From a virus (Duplodnaviria > Caudoviricetes): DNA of 64,000 bases. The stretch lies in the IMG/VR virus record IMGVR_UViG_3300028175_000001; one strand, 5' to 3'. The notes beneath the pieces were generated by a model. It was not told the DNA's origin. It did not search any database and saw only the letters and a program-made list of their open reading frames with translations. Of the stretch, positions 26,474-35,009 are shown in pieces (the first letter of the stretch is position 1; every line of letters starts with the position of its first letter). The translations under genes and the position numbers were made by a program.

Positions 26474-26524
26474 GCGAGTGAGTAAAAATAATACAATACT
26501 ATTAATTTATATTTATTCACTCGC
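26474..26524 (-). other. Inverted repeat/hairpin in the gp19-gp20 intergenic region
   Basis: GCGAGTGAATAAA pairs with TTTACTCACTCGC (13-bp stem, 1 mismatch, 25-nt AT-rich loop); no U-tract follows. Confidence 0.6.
26510..26517 (-). promoter_or_regulatory. Probable late promoter (AATAAATA, overlapping TATAAATT) upstream of gp20
   Basis: One mismatch from TATAAATA; intergenic; AGGA RBS at 26466-26469. Confidence 0.45.
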
Positions 26525-26545
26525 AAAATCAGAAAATTGAGATTT

Positions 26546-27133
26546 TTATGCAGAGGCACCAATAGAAATAGTATCCGCTGTTCCTTTACCGCCTGTTTGA
26601 CTGCTCTTTGTTCGACTCCAGTAATCATAAGAGAAAGTTACGGTATATTCTTCAATAGTATCGTTATCTCCCCAATCAAGAGTGATTTCTGAAAGATCAG
26701 TTGGAAACATACCATGAAAGCTATATGATGCAGTTACTTTTGAACTACCAGATTTACTAAATTGTTGAACGTTCCCCACTAATGCATAAGCACTAGATGA
26801 ATCACCCGTTTGTCTTGTATTCGTAACATGATCGTTTATACCGTTCATCCACTTTTCAAATTGCGATCTTATAGCAAAATTTTCATCATTAATAACTGTT
26901 ATTGTCCATTCTGGAAAAGTTCTATTTCCTGCTAATTTAACTTCTCTACCAAAATAAGGAACCACAACAGTTCCTATTGTGGTACCGGGTATTGAGGTCC
27001 CTTTAGCAAACAGGTTTATATCAGTTCCATTAAAAAAACTAGCGGAACCATGTGGAATCTTAACCTCAAATAAATTAGGTCTTTGACCATCATAGACCAG
27101 GGCCTGTCTAAAAGTTGTTATATCGAATGCCAT
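26546..27133 (-). CDS. gp19: Tail tube protein
   Basis: RPNLFEV, YFGREVKLAGNRTFPEWTITVINDENF, LDWGDNDTIEEYTVTFSYDYW. Confidence 0.97.
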   Translation of the reverse strand: MAFDITTFRQALVYDGQRPNLFEVKIPHGSASFFNGTDINLFAKGTSIPGTTIGTVVVPYFGREVKLAGNRTFPEWTITVINDENFAIRSQFEKWMNGINDHVTNTRQTGDSSSAYALVGNVQQFSKSGSSKVTASYSFHGMFPTDLSEITLDWGDNDTIEEYTVTFSYDYWSRTKSSQTGGKGTADTISIGASA

Positions 27134-27144
27134 CTATTTTCTCC

Positions 27145-29466
27145 TTAAATTGCGTTGACTACTTCAGAAAATTCAACTCCTGAAGCCACTGCGACAAAGT
27201 TTAATCCAATGAAATTAATTGATTTAGTCGGCTTGATAAAAATATCTCCCCTAAACTCATTTCTATTTATCACCACAGGTGTATTATTTGTGCTGTCACA
27301 TATTACTTTAAAATCCTCTATTCCCCTTTGTGACTGAATATCCCTTAAAAAAGGTTCTATCATAGAAACAAAATTTAATCGTGTAAAATCATCATTAAAT
27401 TCAAACAATAAATTTTCAGCGGCATTTGCTATAGCTTTTTCTAAAATAATAAACAATCTTCGTACATTAATTCTATCAAAAGAAGATGGCCTCGCTAACA
27501 TTGTTTTATCACCAAATAAAATTTTACCTTTTCCAGGAAATGATGCTATTGGATTAATACCATTTATATACAGATCGTCTCTTTCCCCTCTATTGGGAAC
27601 AAATGCTAAAAATTCTGCTCCTTTTATATTTCCTCTGGCAAACCCCGCAGGCGAAACATAAGGATTAACATTATCCGCTTGGGCGCAAATTCCAGCAACA
27701 TCAGCATTGAATGGAATCCATCTATAAACAGAGTTATACCTGTCAAATATGTATTTGTAATTTCCATCCATAACAGCATAACTTGTGCTTGGTAAAGTAT
27801 TTCTTCTAGCAACTATATTTGTTATTTCAGAACCTTCTTTATTTACAACATCTGACTCTTCCGGAGAAATAAACACAACACAATCTTTTCTGGTTTCTGC
27901 TATTTCATTAATTAAATAGGTAGCTAAAGTATTTGATGCTTCCCCCGAAATCAATAAAGAAATATTTATTTTCGCAGGATCTTTGAAATAACTATAAGCA
28001 GTAATTTCATCTGAAGATGAAGAACTATGTCCATCAACACCGCCCGACATACTAGCAGTCATAATTCCGTTTGCACCAGAATCACTAAATGCTCCGGGAA
28101 AACTAGCTGAATCATTTCCTGTGACAATAGTAGCACCCCAATCATAAGTAATTTTATTAGATCCGGCATCAAGAGGAGCATCTCCTGTACTATCGTGATC
28201 TGTCCATCTTATATAATTAGAAGAATTGTTTATTGCATCTTTATAATAGAGAGTTTGACCGGTAGTTCCTGTGGCACCATTTGCTACAGATACACCTTCA
28301 TATTTTTCAATGACTTGTTTTTCTGGATTATTTCCGCGAACATCTTTTGATCCTAAAATTTCACCACCTTCATCTACTATTGCAACATGTATTTCATCTC
28401 CAACAGATGCCGATCCAGTAATATTATAAGCATACACACTTGTAAGAGGCGCAGATCCAAAATCAGACGCAAATTCCCATTCCCTTTTCCAGGTACCACC
28501 ATATAAAGCGGCTGTTGTTACCGCCCTATCTAATTTAGTTGCAACGCCCATTGACGTTGAATTTGTAATAGACGATATTCTTCTTTTATTCTCTACTCCA
28601 TCATCATCTTTAAAGGTAATAATGTCTCCTAAATGCAATTGCCGAGTAAAATTAGTATCTGTTCCTGTAATAGTAGTTGATCCTGCAGAGACAGAAAGAT
28701 TACCAAGCATATTTACTGCTGGCTCTTCGAAGGCAGATCTTTTTTTTCTTACAAGACTTGCACCTGACATAGCGACATCATCCCCCATACCCGTAGTCTC
28801 TAGTCCACCAGTGGCCTGTGAAATTGTTATTGCGGTGTTAGACGTGATTGCCGTTACTATTCCGCTATTAGAACCATGAACAACTACATCACCAATTCTC
28901 AATTCTGTATCTGCTAATGTACCAACACCAGTAAGACCTGTTGTAGCATTAGAATTGGACCATGTACCCGTAAGATTCCAGTCGGTGCTACTTGCATGAG
29001 AAACAGTGCCATCAGAAGCATTAACTTGTGTACTTGTTCTATCCGCAACACACATAGAAACTTTTATTGAATTACCAAGTGTTCCTGGATATTTTGACGT
29101 AAAACTTGTTCCTGAAGTTGTCGTGTCCTTATATGTATTTTGATATTCTTTATCATTGCGAATTAAAATTGCAGAACCACCTGATACTGCATTTTTAGCA
29201 GTCGATGTATTAGCCGCTCTAACAACTCTTAACTTATTCGAATAACTCAAAAAACTTGTAGCACTAAAAAACGTTTTATACGTATTAGCATTCGGTTTTC
29301 CAAACACACCAACCATTTCATCTTCAGAAGTAATTAATGTAGCAACCTCCAAGGGCCCCCATGTTAAGTTACCTGCTATTGCACCATCTGAAATAGAAGG
29401 AATAGGAACTCTAGTAGTTAAATCGATCTCTGCTACGGCTACGCCTGGGCTAACTTGAAATGCCAT
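27145..29466 (-). CDS. gp18: Tail sheath protein with inserted beta-domains
   Basis: MAFQVSPGV, WGPLE, FLSYSNKLRVVRA, GDKTMLARPSSFDRINVRRLF, IFIKPTKSINFI. Confidence 0.97.
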   Translation of the reverse strand: MAFQVSPGVAVAEIDLTTRVPIPSISDGAIAGNLTWGPLEVATLITSEDEMVGVFGKPNANTYKTFFSATSFLSYSNKLRVVRAANTSTAKNAVSGGSAILIRNDKEYQNTYKDTTTSGTSFTSKYPGTLGNSIKVSMCVADRTSTQVNASDGTVSHASSTDWNLTGTWSNSNATTGLTGVGTLADTELRIGDVVVHGSNSGIVTAITSNTAITISQATGGLETTGMGDDVAMSGASLVRKKRSAFEEPAVNMLGNLSVSAGSTTITGTDTNFTRQLHLGDIITFKDDDGVENKRRISSITNSTSMGVATKLDRAVTTAALYGGTWKREWEFASDFGSAPLTSVYAYNITGSASVGDEIHVAIVDEGGEILGSKDVRGNNPEKQVIEKYEGVSVANGATGTTGQTLYYKDAINNSSNYIRWTDHDSTGDAPLDAGSNKITYDWGATIVTGNDSASFPGAFSDSGANGIMTASMSGGVDGHSSSSSDEITAYSYFKDPAKINISLLISGEASNTLATYLINEIAETRKDCVVFISPEESDVVNKEGSEITNIVARRNTLPSTSYAVMDGNYKYIFDRYNSVYRWIPFNADVAGICAQADNVNPYVSPAGFARGNIKGAEFLAFVPNRGERDDLYINGINPIASFPGKGKILFGDKTMLARPSSFDRINVRRLFIILEKAIANAAENLLFEFNDDFTRLNFVSMIEPFLRDIQSQRGIEDFKVICDSTNNTPVVINRNEFRGDIFIKPTKSINFIGLNFVAVASGVEFSEVVNAI

Positions 29467-29506
29467 ATTGTTTCTCCCCTAAATTATTAAAAAATTGCTT
29501 TCGTTA

Positions 29507-29514
29507 TATTTATA
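29507..29514 (-). promoter_or_regulatory. T4-type late promoter TATAAATA for gp18
   Basis: Exact motif, intergenic, upstream of the GGGGAG RBS. Confidence 0.75.
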
Positions 29515-29550
29515 TTTTAGCAGATTTTAGAAATGTTTTATTTATTCTAA

Positions 29551-29558
29551 TATAAATA
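29551..29558 (+). promoter_or_regulatory. T4-type late promoter TATAAATA for the HNH gene
   Basis: Exact motif 4 nt before ATG 29563. Confidence 0.6.
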
Positions 29559-29562
29559 AAAC

Positions 29563-29985
29563 ATGGAGAAAGCAAAATCGAGATTTGAAAAAAAAATTAT
29601 AAAGACAAATGATTGCTGGTTTTGGGTTGCAAGTAAAACAAAACAGGGGTATGGTATGTTTTCGTATGAAGGAAAATCAATTCCTGCTCATAGATTTGCA
29701 TATATTGCATATAATGGAGTCATTGAACAAAATAAAATAGTACACCAGTCTTGCAATAATACATACTGTGTAAATCCAAACCATTTATATTTAACTACAA
29801 AAAGCGAAACAAGGAACAGATTTTATGAACTAAGAATTAATCCTGAAATGGTATTTAAAGAATCTGTGAGATATTTGGATAAATTGAAAAAACTGAGACC
29901 CGATTTAAAATCAAGTATAATTGAATTAATAAATCAAATAAAAGATCCTAAAAACATTCATCAAATCAATGTAGATAATCAGTAG
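29563..29985 (+). CDS. HNH endonuclease-like protein (possibly degenerate homing endonuclease)
   Basis: CWFW...GYG...AHRFAY...SCNNTYCVNPNHL; antisense to the operon, between gp17 and gp18. Confidence 0.8.
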   Translation: MEKAKSRFEKKIIKTNDCWFWVASKTKQGYGMFSYEGKSIPAHRFAYIAYNGVIEQNKIVHQSCNNTYCVNPNHLYLTTKSETRNRFYELRINPEMVFKESVRYLDKLKKLRPDLKSSIIELINQIKDPKNIHQINVDNQ

Positions 29986-31618
29986 AATATTTCGTATCTA
30001 CTATCCATTTTTCACCGCCCATATCAACAACTTCTGGATCATAAGAATTTCTACCATCATTTATATATCCGAAAGGAATCAATTGAGATTCCGCTTCGTC
30101 TAACTGATCTTTAAACATTTTTTCTCGTAAATCTAAATCTGTAACTTCTGTAAAATATTGTTGATTTACAAGCCAACCAAACAGTATTAAAGTCGTCATC
30201 AAATCATCATGATATCCTTCGTCAGCTTCGTAACTAGATCCTTTGGCTATATATGTTGTCATTTCAGAAATAGTATCAAGATCCCAAATGATTAATTTGT
30301 CTCCTTCTATCAAATCTTTGCAACTAGAACACCCCTTTCTTTTAACTTCTTTTGTGGTTCTAATTCCCAATTGCGAAGTTTTACCAAATCCCCCACCCAA
30401 AGTTTGACCAGATCTTCCCATTACACTTGTTTGAAAAATATTAGGATATTCTAACTCGTAATGTAAAATATCTGCTACTTGACCGCCGATGTCATTTATT
30501 TCGACCAAAATATATGCATGATTATAATATTTACATACATTATCAATAACAGTTGGCAATAACATTGGAGAAATATTTGGATCTCTATATTTTGCAACTT
30601 GCTGATATGGAAACTGAGAAACATCAATTATCGAAAAGGCAGAATAATCTTGTCCTCTGCCTCTTGCAACATCAACTATACAAACATAAGAATGTGTAGG
30701 ATCTGGTTCGACATAGACATCTAAACTATCTTTCTTTATAATAGGGGGTTTATATGGCAGAGTTTTTAATTTTGAAGGAGAAATTAAAGTATTTTGTGAA
30801 CCAATAAAATCACACTCGTATTCTTGTGAAAACTGCAATTCACTTGTATTTCTTATCGTTTCTTCTTTCCATGCTTGATCTCTTCCTGGAGTCTGAGACC
30901 AATGAACTTCTAACGGAACATAATCACTTCTTCCCTCGTCTGCATCAACCCACATTTTATAGAACATATTTAATCCCTTCGGGGTTGATACAATAAACAC
31001 TTTAGTTGTATTACCAGAAGAAATTGTAGGATATACAGAATTAAAAAACTCTTCTGCCAACCTTGGTGGATCAATATGAGCAAACTCATCCATGAAGATG
31101 ATGTTAAAAGATGATCCACGAACTGCGGAGGAAGATGTGGAAGCAGATATAACTTTACTACCGTTTTCTAATTCAATATTTCCCCTGTTCCAAACAACAA
31201 CTCCTTGTTGCAACCATTTTGGTAAATTTTCATAAGCAGTTTTTAATCGTTGAAGAATCTCTCTTGAAGTAGAGCCCTTATTAGCTAATATAGCAATATT
31301 AGATTGAGCATTAAAAAGAGCGTAATGTAATAAGTAAGCAACAATTGTTGTTGATTTTCCAGTTTGTCTAGGCATTTTACAAATAACAAACCGATTATCA
31401 TGCATTGTCTGAACAAGTTCTTCTTGATAACCATAAAGATCAAAGGGCATCAATCCATGGTCAACATGAATAATTTTCATGTAGTTTTTTGCAAAATATA
31501 CAGGATCATTAGAGCATTTAAGATACTCTTCTAAAGTATCTTTGTCATATTCTATTGGAATATATGCCGCTTTAAGTAATGGATTTCCTGCATAATTTTG
31601 TATACGGTCTATCGCCAT
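29966..31618 (-). CDS. gp17: Terminase large subunit
   Basis: YAGNPLLK, Walker A PRQTGKST, Walker B IIFMDEFAH, STPKGLNMFY, DVARGRGQDYS, HDDLM. Confidence 0.98.
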   Translation of the reverse strand: MAIDRIQNYAGNPLLKAAYIPIEYDKDTLEEYLKCSNDPVYFAKNYMKIIHVDHGLMPFDLYGYQEELVQTMHDNRFVICKMPRQTGKSTTIVAYLLHYALFNAQSNIAILANKGSTSREILQRLKTAYENLPKWLQQGVVVWNRGNIELENGSKVISASTSSSAVRGSSFNIIFMDEFAHIDPPRLAEEFFNSVYPTISSGNTTKVFIVSTPKGLNMFYKMWVDADEGRSDYVPLEVHWSQTPGRDQAWKEETIRNTSELQFSQEYECDFIGSQNTLISPSKLKTLPYKPPIIKKDSLDVYVEPDPTHSYVCIVDVARGRGQDYSAFSIIDVSQFPYQQVAKYRDPNISPMLLPTVIDNVCKYYNHAYILVEINDIGGQVADILHYELEYPNIFQTSVMGRSGQTLGGGFGKTSQLGIRTTKEVKRKGCSSCKDLIEGDKLIIWDLDTISEMTTYIAKGSSYEADEGYHDDLMTTLILFGWLVNQQYFTEVTDLDLREKMFKDQLDEAESQLIPFGYINDGRNSYDPEVVDMGGEKWIVDTKYSTDYLH

Positions 31619-33039
31619 TATTGTAACTCGTAATTTACCAAACCCTGTTTTGCTGTGAAATCTGTGGCACCCGACATTGATCCTAAAATTTTCAATGAAG
31701 CAGTTTTAGGAGAAACCATTTTAATATCAACAATTCCCCTTCTCCATTTAGTTTTACTTAAATTTGCTTGATAAAAATCTTTACCACCAATTATATCACC
31801 AATATATTTTTTTGATAGAGAATCATTATTTAAACTACTTGCCACAGAATAATTAAAAAAAGAAGTAATAGTAAAAGGATAATTGTCTTTTATTGTTTGT
31901 ATCACTTTGCTTTTTCCATCAAAATGACCTTTCTTTATAAAATAGTCTTCTATTGCCTCTATTACAACATCAAGTTCTTTATTTTCTTTCGATGAAAGAG
32001 AACGACCCATTGCAACCTTTCGAATACTTTCATAAATAGAATGATTTGTGTTTTTTACATTTGTTTTTTTTATATTTAATACTGCTCTTAATCCAACTTC
32101 AAATGTTATATTCTTTGCAAATTTAAATCTGTTTGCTCCCACAAGGTCTGATGTATATCCCATATTAAACGCAATTTGACACATTTTTTTAAAAAAACAA
32201 TTTTTATAATCAGAATAATATTTTATTCCGTAAGGAAGCACATTTGACATAAACGAAGCGGCGGCTCCTTTATCATATTTGCTTGATACACTAACAGTAG
32301 TTGAGTCAAAAATCAAACTACTATCAACAAGTTTAAAAGCAGGATCAGTTGGAACACTAAATGATTTTAAATTTATACCAAACATATTAGAGGGAGTACA
32401 AGTGTTTGATAATTGATTTTTGAATGCTAATAGTCCTATTAAAATTTCACCAAAATATACACCAAGCTCATCAATATGTCTGTCATCAATACCCGCCAAA
32501 TCAATTCTAGACAAATCTTTTTTATCTAAATAAGATTTTATTTTTTCTACCGCATAATCATTGTTATGTATTTTATTGTCTAGTCCCCAAATAATACTTT
32601 TTTTTAATTCATCAAAAGTTTTAAATATTTTTACAGGAACATTTTTTGCAGAAAGCACTGTTATTTTTTCATCTTTACCCTTTTCTGTAAAATCTTCTGC
32701 TAATATTTGTAATTTTGGGGGCCGTTCAGTGTCAAGATTATCTGTAGGTTTTCTTATTTTTGAAATTAATACATATCCCTTTTTTCTTTGATATTCGATA
32801 TTAGCATACTTTTTTTTTTGAAATTCTTTATATTTGTTTGAAGCTAATTTTATCTCAGTTCTTGGTTGAATATTAATATTCATGCCTTCTAGTTCGTTAT
32901 TTTTTTCTTCAAACATTTCGGCAAATTGTCCATTTTCTATTCTTAGGGTCAATTTATTCCAATCGGGATTTTTTGTAACATATCGTGTAAAAACCACGTC
33001 TCCCGGATTTCTTCTATCTATTTGACCTAAGTGAGCCAT
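31618..33039 (-). CDS. Hypothetical protein, possible PD-(D/E)xK nuclease fold
   Basis: 473 aa between gp16 and gp17; YFGE...PTDPAFKLVDS...VSVSSK pattern. CDS is solid, function tentative. Confidence 0.4.
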   Translation of the reverse strand: MAHLGQIDRRNPGDVVFTRYVTKNPDWNKLTLRIENGQFAEMFEEKNNELEGMNINIQPRTEIKLASNKYKEFQKKKYANIEYQRKKGYVLISKIRKPTDNLDTERPPKLQILAEDFTEKGKDEKITVLSAKNVPVKIFKTFDELKKSIIWGLDNKIHNNDYAVEKIKSYLDKKDLSRIDLAGIDDRHIDELGVYFGEILIGLLAFKNQLSNTCTPSNMFGINLKSFSVPTDPAFKLVDSSLIFDSTTVSVSSKYDKGAAASFMSNVLPYGIKYYSDYKNCFFKKMCQIAFNMGYTSDLVGANRFKFAKNITFEVGLRAVLNIKKTNVKNTNHSIYESIRKVAMGRSLSSKENKELDVVIEAIEDYFIKKGHFDGKSKVIQTIKDNYPFTITSFFNYSVASSLNNDSLSKKYIGDIIGGKDFYQANLSKTKWRRGIVDIKMVSPKTASLKILGSMSGATDFTAKQGLVNYELQ

Positions 33040-33041
33040 TG

Positions 33042-33266
33042 TTATTCTTTTTTATCTTTTTTATATTGAACAATTTTTTTTGCACGTTTTAAATCATCTT
33101 TAGAAAGGTTACCATATGGTCTCTCTAAAGAATCTGGTTGTTTATCTATTTTTCCACCCTTTTGTTTAAACTTATGTAAGGCTAATGCTTTTTTTAATGC
33201 ATCTTTATTATCTTCATCAACTTCTACTTCTTCTATTTCTTTTAAATATTGTTTAAATTTTTTCAT
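33042..33266 (-). CDS. Small charged protein with CTS-like N-terminus
   Basis: MKKFKQYLKE start; ATGA overlap with the gp16 stop. Confidence 0.6.
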   Translation of the reverse strand: MKKFKQYLKEIEEVEVDEDNKDALKKALALHKFKQKGGKIDKQPDSLERPYGNLSKDDLKRAKKIVQYKKDKKE

Positions 33267-33664
33267 TTTTCTTTATCCTTTAACATTTGTTGAAGTTCTG
33301 CAGTACTACCAATAAATAATGCATTTGTTACTTTATTAGGTGCCACATTGACTTCTTTTGTAATGTCTTTTACTTGTTTATGTACATTTACTAAATTTTG
33401 GTTTTGTTCGCCTACAGTTTTAATCAATTGACCAACAACTTCGAACATTCTAGCATTACCGCTATCTCGTGCATCTTGCAATAAATCTTCAATGGCCTCT
33501 TGGCCCCTTTCAATAATATTGTATATGTTTTCACGAGCATATTTATAATCAGTATTCAAATCATTTGCGTTTGAATCAACCAATTTTCTTTCAATTGGGG
33601 GCTTAATAATAGAACCAGGCGGAATTTTTAACAATTCATCTAATTTATCTTCAAAATTTTTCAT
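33263..33664 (-). CDS. gp16: Terminase small subunit
   Basis: DYKYARENIYNIIERGQEAIEDLL...ARMFEVVGQLIK...NALFIGSTAELQQML. Confidence 0.92.
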   Translation of the reverse strand: MKNFEDKLDELLKIPPGSIIKPPIERKLVDSNANDLNTDYKYARENIYNIIERGQEAIEDLLQDARDSGNARMFEVVGQLIKTVGEQNQNLVNVHKQVKDITKEVNVAPNKVTNALFIGSTAELQQMLKDKEK

Positions 33665-33667
33665 TGT

Positions 33668-33675
33668 TATTTATT
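33668..33675 (-). promoter_or_regulatory. Possible late promoter AATAAATA before gp16
   Basis: Fills the 11-bp gap; 3 nt before ATG; no RBS visible. Confidence 0.4.
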
Positions 33676-34611
33676 TTATCCATAAACACCTGTTGCAGGA
33701 TCGTAATCAACTGGTGGATTGTAAAAAGTTATTGTAGTATTTGCATCAAAATCATCTCCCGGAGTAATATATGTATTCGCTCCTCCTTCAGGAACAACTG
33801 TAATTTTACTGATTATATTACCAAGGCCCAATTCAGTTTCACTTGCTTCGGTTATAAGATGATCTCCCGTTTCTAGTTGAAAATAATCTTCTGAAAAATT
33901 TGTACTAGATTCTAAAGACAATCTTTCAAATACTCCAGTTGAAGGCGTCTCGGGAACAGTTTCTTTAAATGCAATTTCCACTGATTTAATAATTGATTGT
34001 CCGGATTTAATATCAGGATATATGAAACCCTTTAACATGAAATTTATTGTCCAAACAAGTGTTCTTCTGGCAGAAAATTCTCCTTCATAAGAATCCTCAC
34101 TTGTTGCACTTTGAAGAACAATTGGAATATCTAACTTGATTCCCATATCGGTTAAAATATTTACGCTTACATTGAATTCTGGAGTAAAAAAGGGAAGAAT
34201 TTGTTCTAATATTTGAGTACCGTCTTCAGCATTTTCTACAAACGCATATAAAGAAAAATCAAAAATGTATGGCGAAGGATTGAACATTTTTTTAATGTTT
34301 CTTTCACCATTAATCGAATCTTTATGAGTTAATGTACCTATTGTATTTAATTTTCTAATAGGATCATAAGCTATACCAGTCATTTCAAATCCTATTCTAG
34401 GAAGTTGAATAGCAACTTGTCTGTCTAGCGAAGCATCTTGATTTATTCTTGTAAGAAATTTTTGTTTTGGTCCATAGGATATCGGTACTTTTTGACGAGA
34501 TAAAACATTACCCCCCGAGTCCTTTTTTTCTATATTAATATCATTAAATAATGTTCCAAACAACGCAACATATTTTCTTATTGTTTGATGATAAAAAGTT
34601 TGACCTAACAT
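33676..34611 (-). CDS. gp15: Tail sheath stabiliser/completion protein
   Basis: FYHQTIRKYVALFGTLFNDI, VPISYGPKQKF, LPRIGFEM, QILEQILPFFTPEF. Confidence 0.95.
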   Translation of the reverse strand: MLGQTFYHQTIRKYVALFGTLFNDINIEKKDSGGNVLSRQKVPISYGPKQKFLTRINQDASLDRQVAIQLPRIGFEMTGIAYDPIRKLNTIGTLTHKDSINGERNIKKMFNPSPYIFDFSLYAFVENAEDGTQILEQILPFFTPEFNVSVNILTDMGIKLDIPIVLQSATSEDSYEGEFSARRTLVWTINFMLKGFIYPDIKSGQSIIKSVEIAFKETVPETPSTGVFERLSLESSTNFSEDYFQLETGDHLITEASETELGLGNIISKITVVPEGGANTYITPGDDFDANTTITFYNPPVDYDPATGVYG

Positions 34612-34635
34612 AACACTCCATAAAGATTGTAATAT

Positions 34636-34643
34636 TATTTAGT
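34636..34643 (-). promoter_or_regulatory. Probable late promoter ACTAAATA for gp15
   Basis: CTAAATA variant, intergenic, upstream of the GGAG RBS. Confidence 0.45.
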
Positions 34644-34645
34644 TG

Positions 34646-34653
34646 TATAAATA
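34646..34653 (+). promoter_or_regulatory. T4-type late promoter TATAAATA for 34659..35009
   Basis: Exact motif 5 nt before ATG. Confidence 0.65.
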
Positions 34654-34658
34654 GTCTT

Positions 34659-35009
34659 ATGGCACTTACTATAAAAACTCAAGGCATCAATTTAACAATG
34701 TATCAGGGTAATAACTTTGAAAAAGTTTTTACCGCCAAAGATGCAAATAATTCAAATGTAACCATAAGCACAGGTACATGTGCTTCTGTTATGAAGAAGA
34801 ACCACACAACTACTAACACTTCTTGGATAATGTCTTTTACAGCGACAATATCTGGCAGTAATGTCACAATAACAGCTAATGCTACTCAAACAGCAAATAT
34901 GACTTCTGGTTTATATGTTTATGATGTTGAATACACCCAAGTGGATGCTATAACAAAAGAAAGGATAGTAGATGGTATGATCACAATTCTTCCAGAATCT
35001 ACTTCTTAA
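34659..35009 (+). CDS. Small beta-sandwich virion-type protein (inverted)
   Basis: NLTMYQGNNF...GLYVYDVE...RIVDGMITILP pattern recalled from marine T4-like structural proteins; own late promoter; stop overlaps the gp14 stop. Confidence 0.7.
   Translation: MALTIKTQGINLTMYQGNNFEKVFTAKDANNSNVTISTGTCASVMKKNHTTTNTSWIMSFTATISGSNVTITANATQTANMTSGLYVYDVEYTQVDAITKERIVDGMITILPESTS

Noticed and set aside
26474-26524. Calling the hairpin a Rho-independent terminator
   Set aside because: No U-rich tract follows the stem on the coding strand and the loop is 25 nt; reported as a hairpin only.
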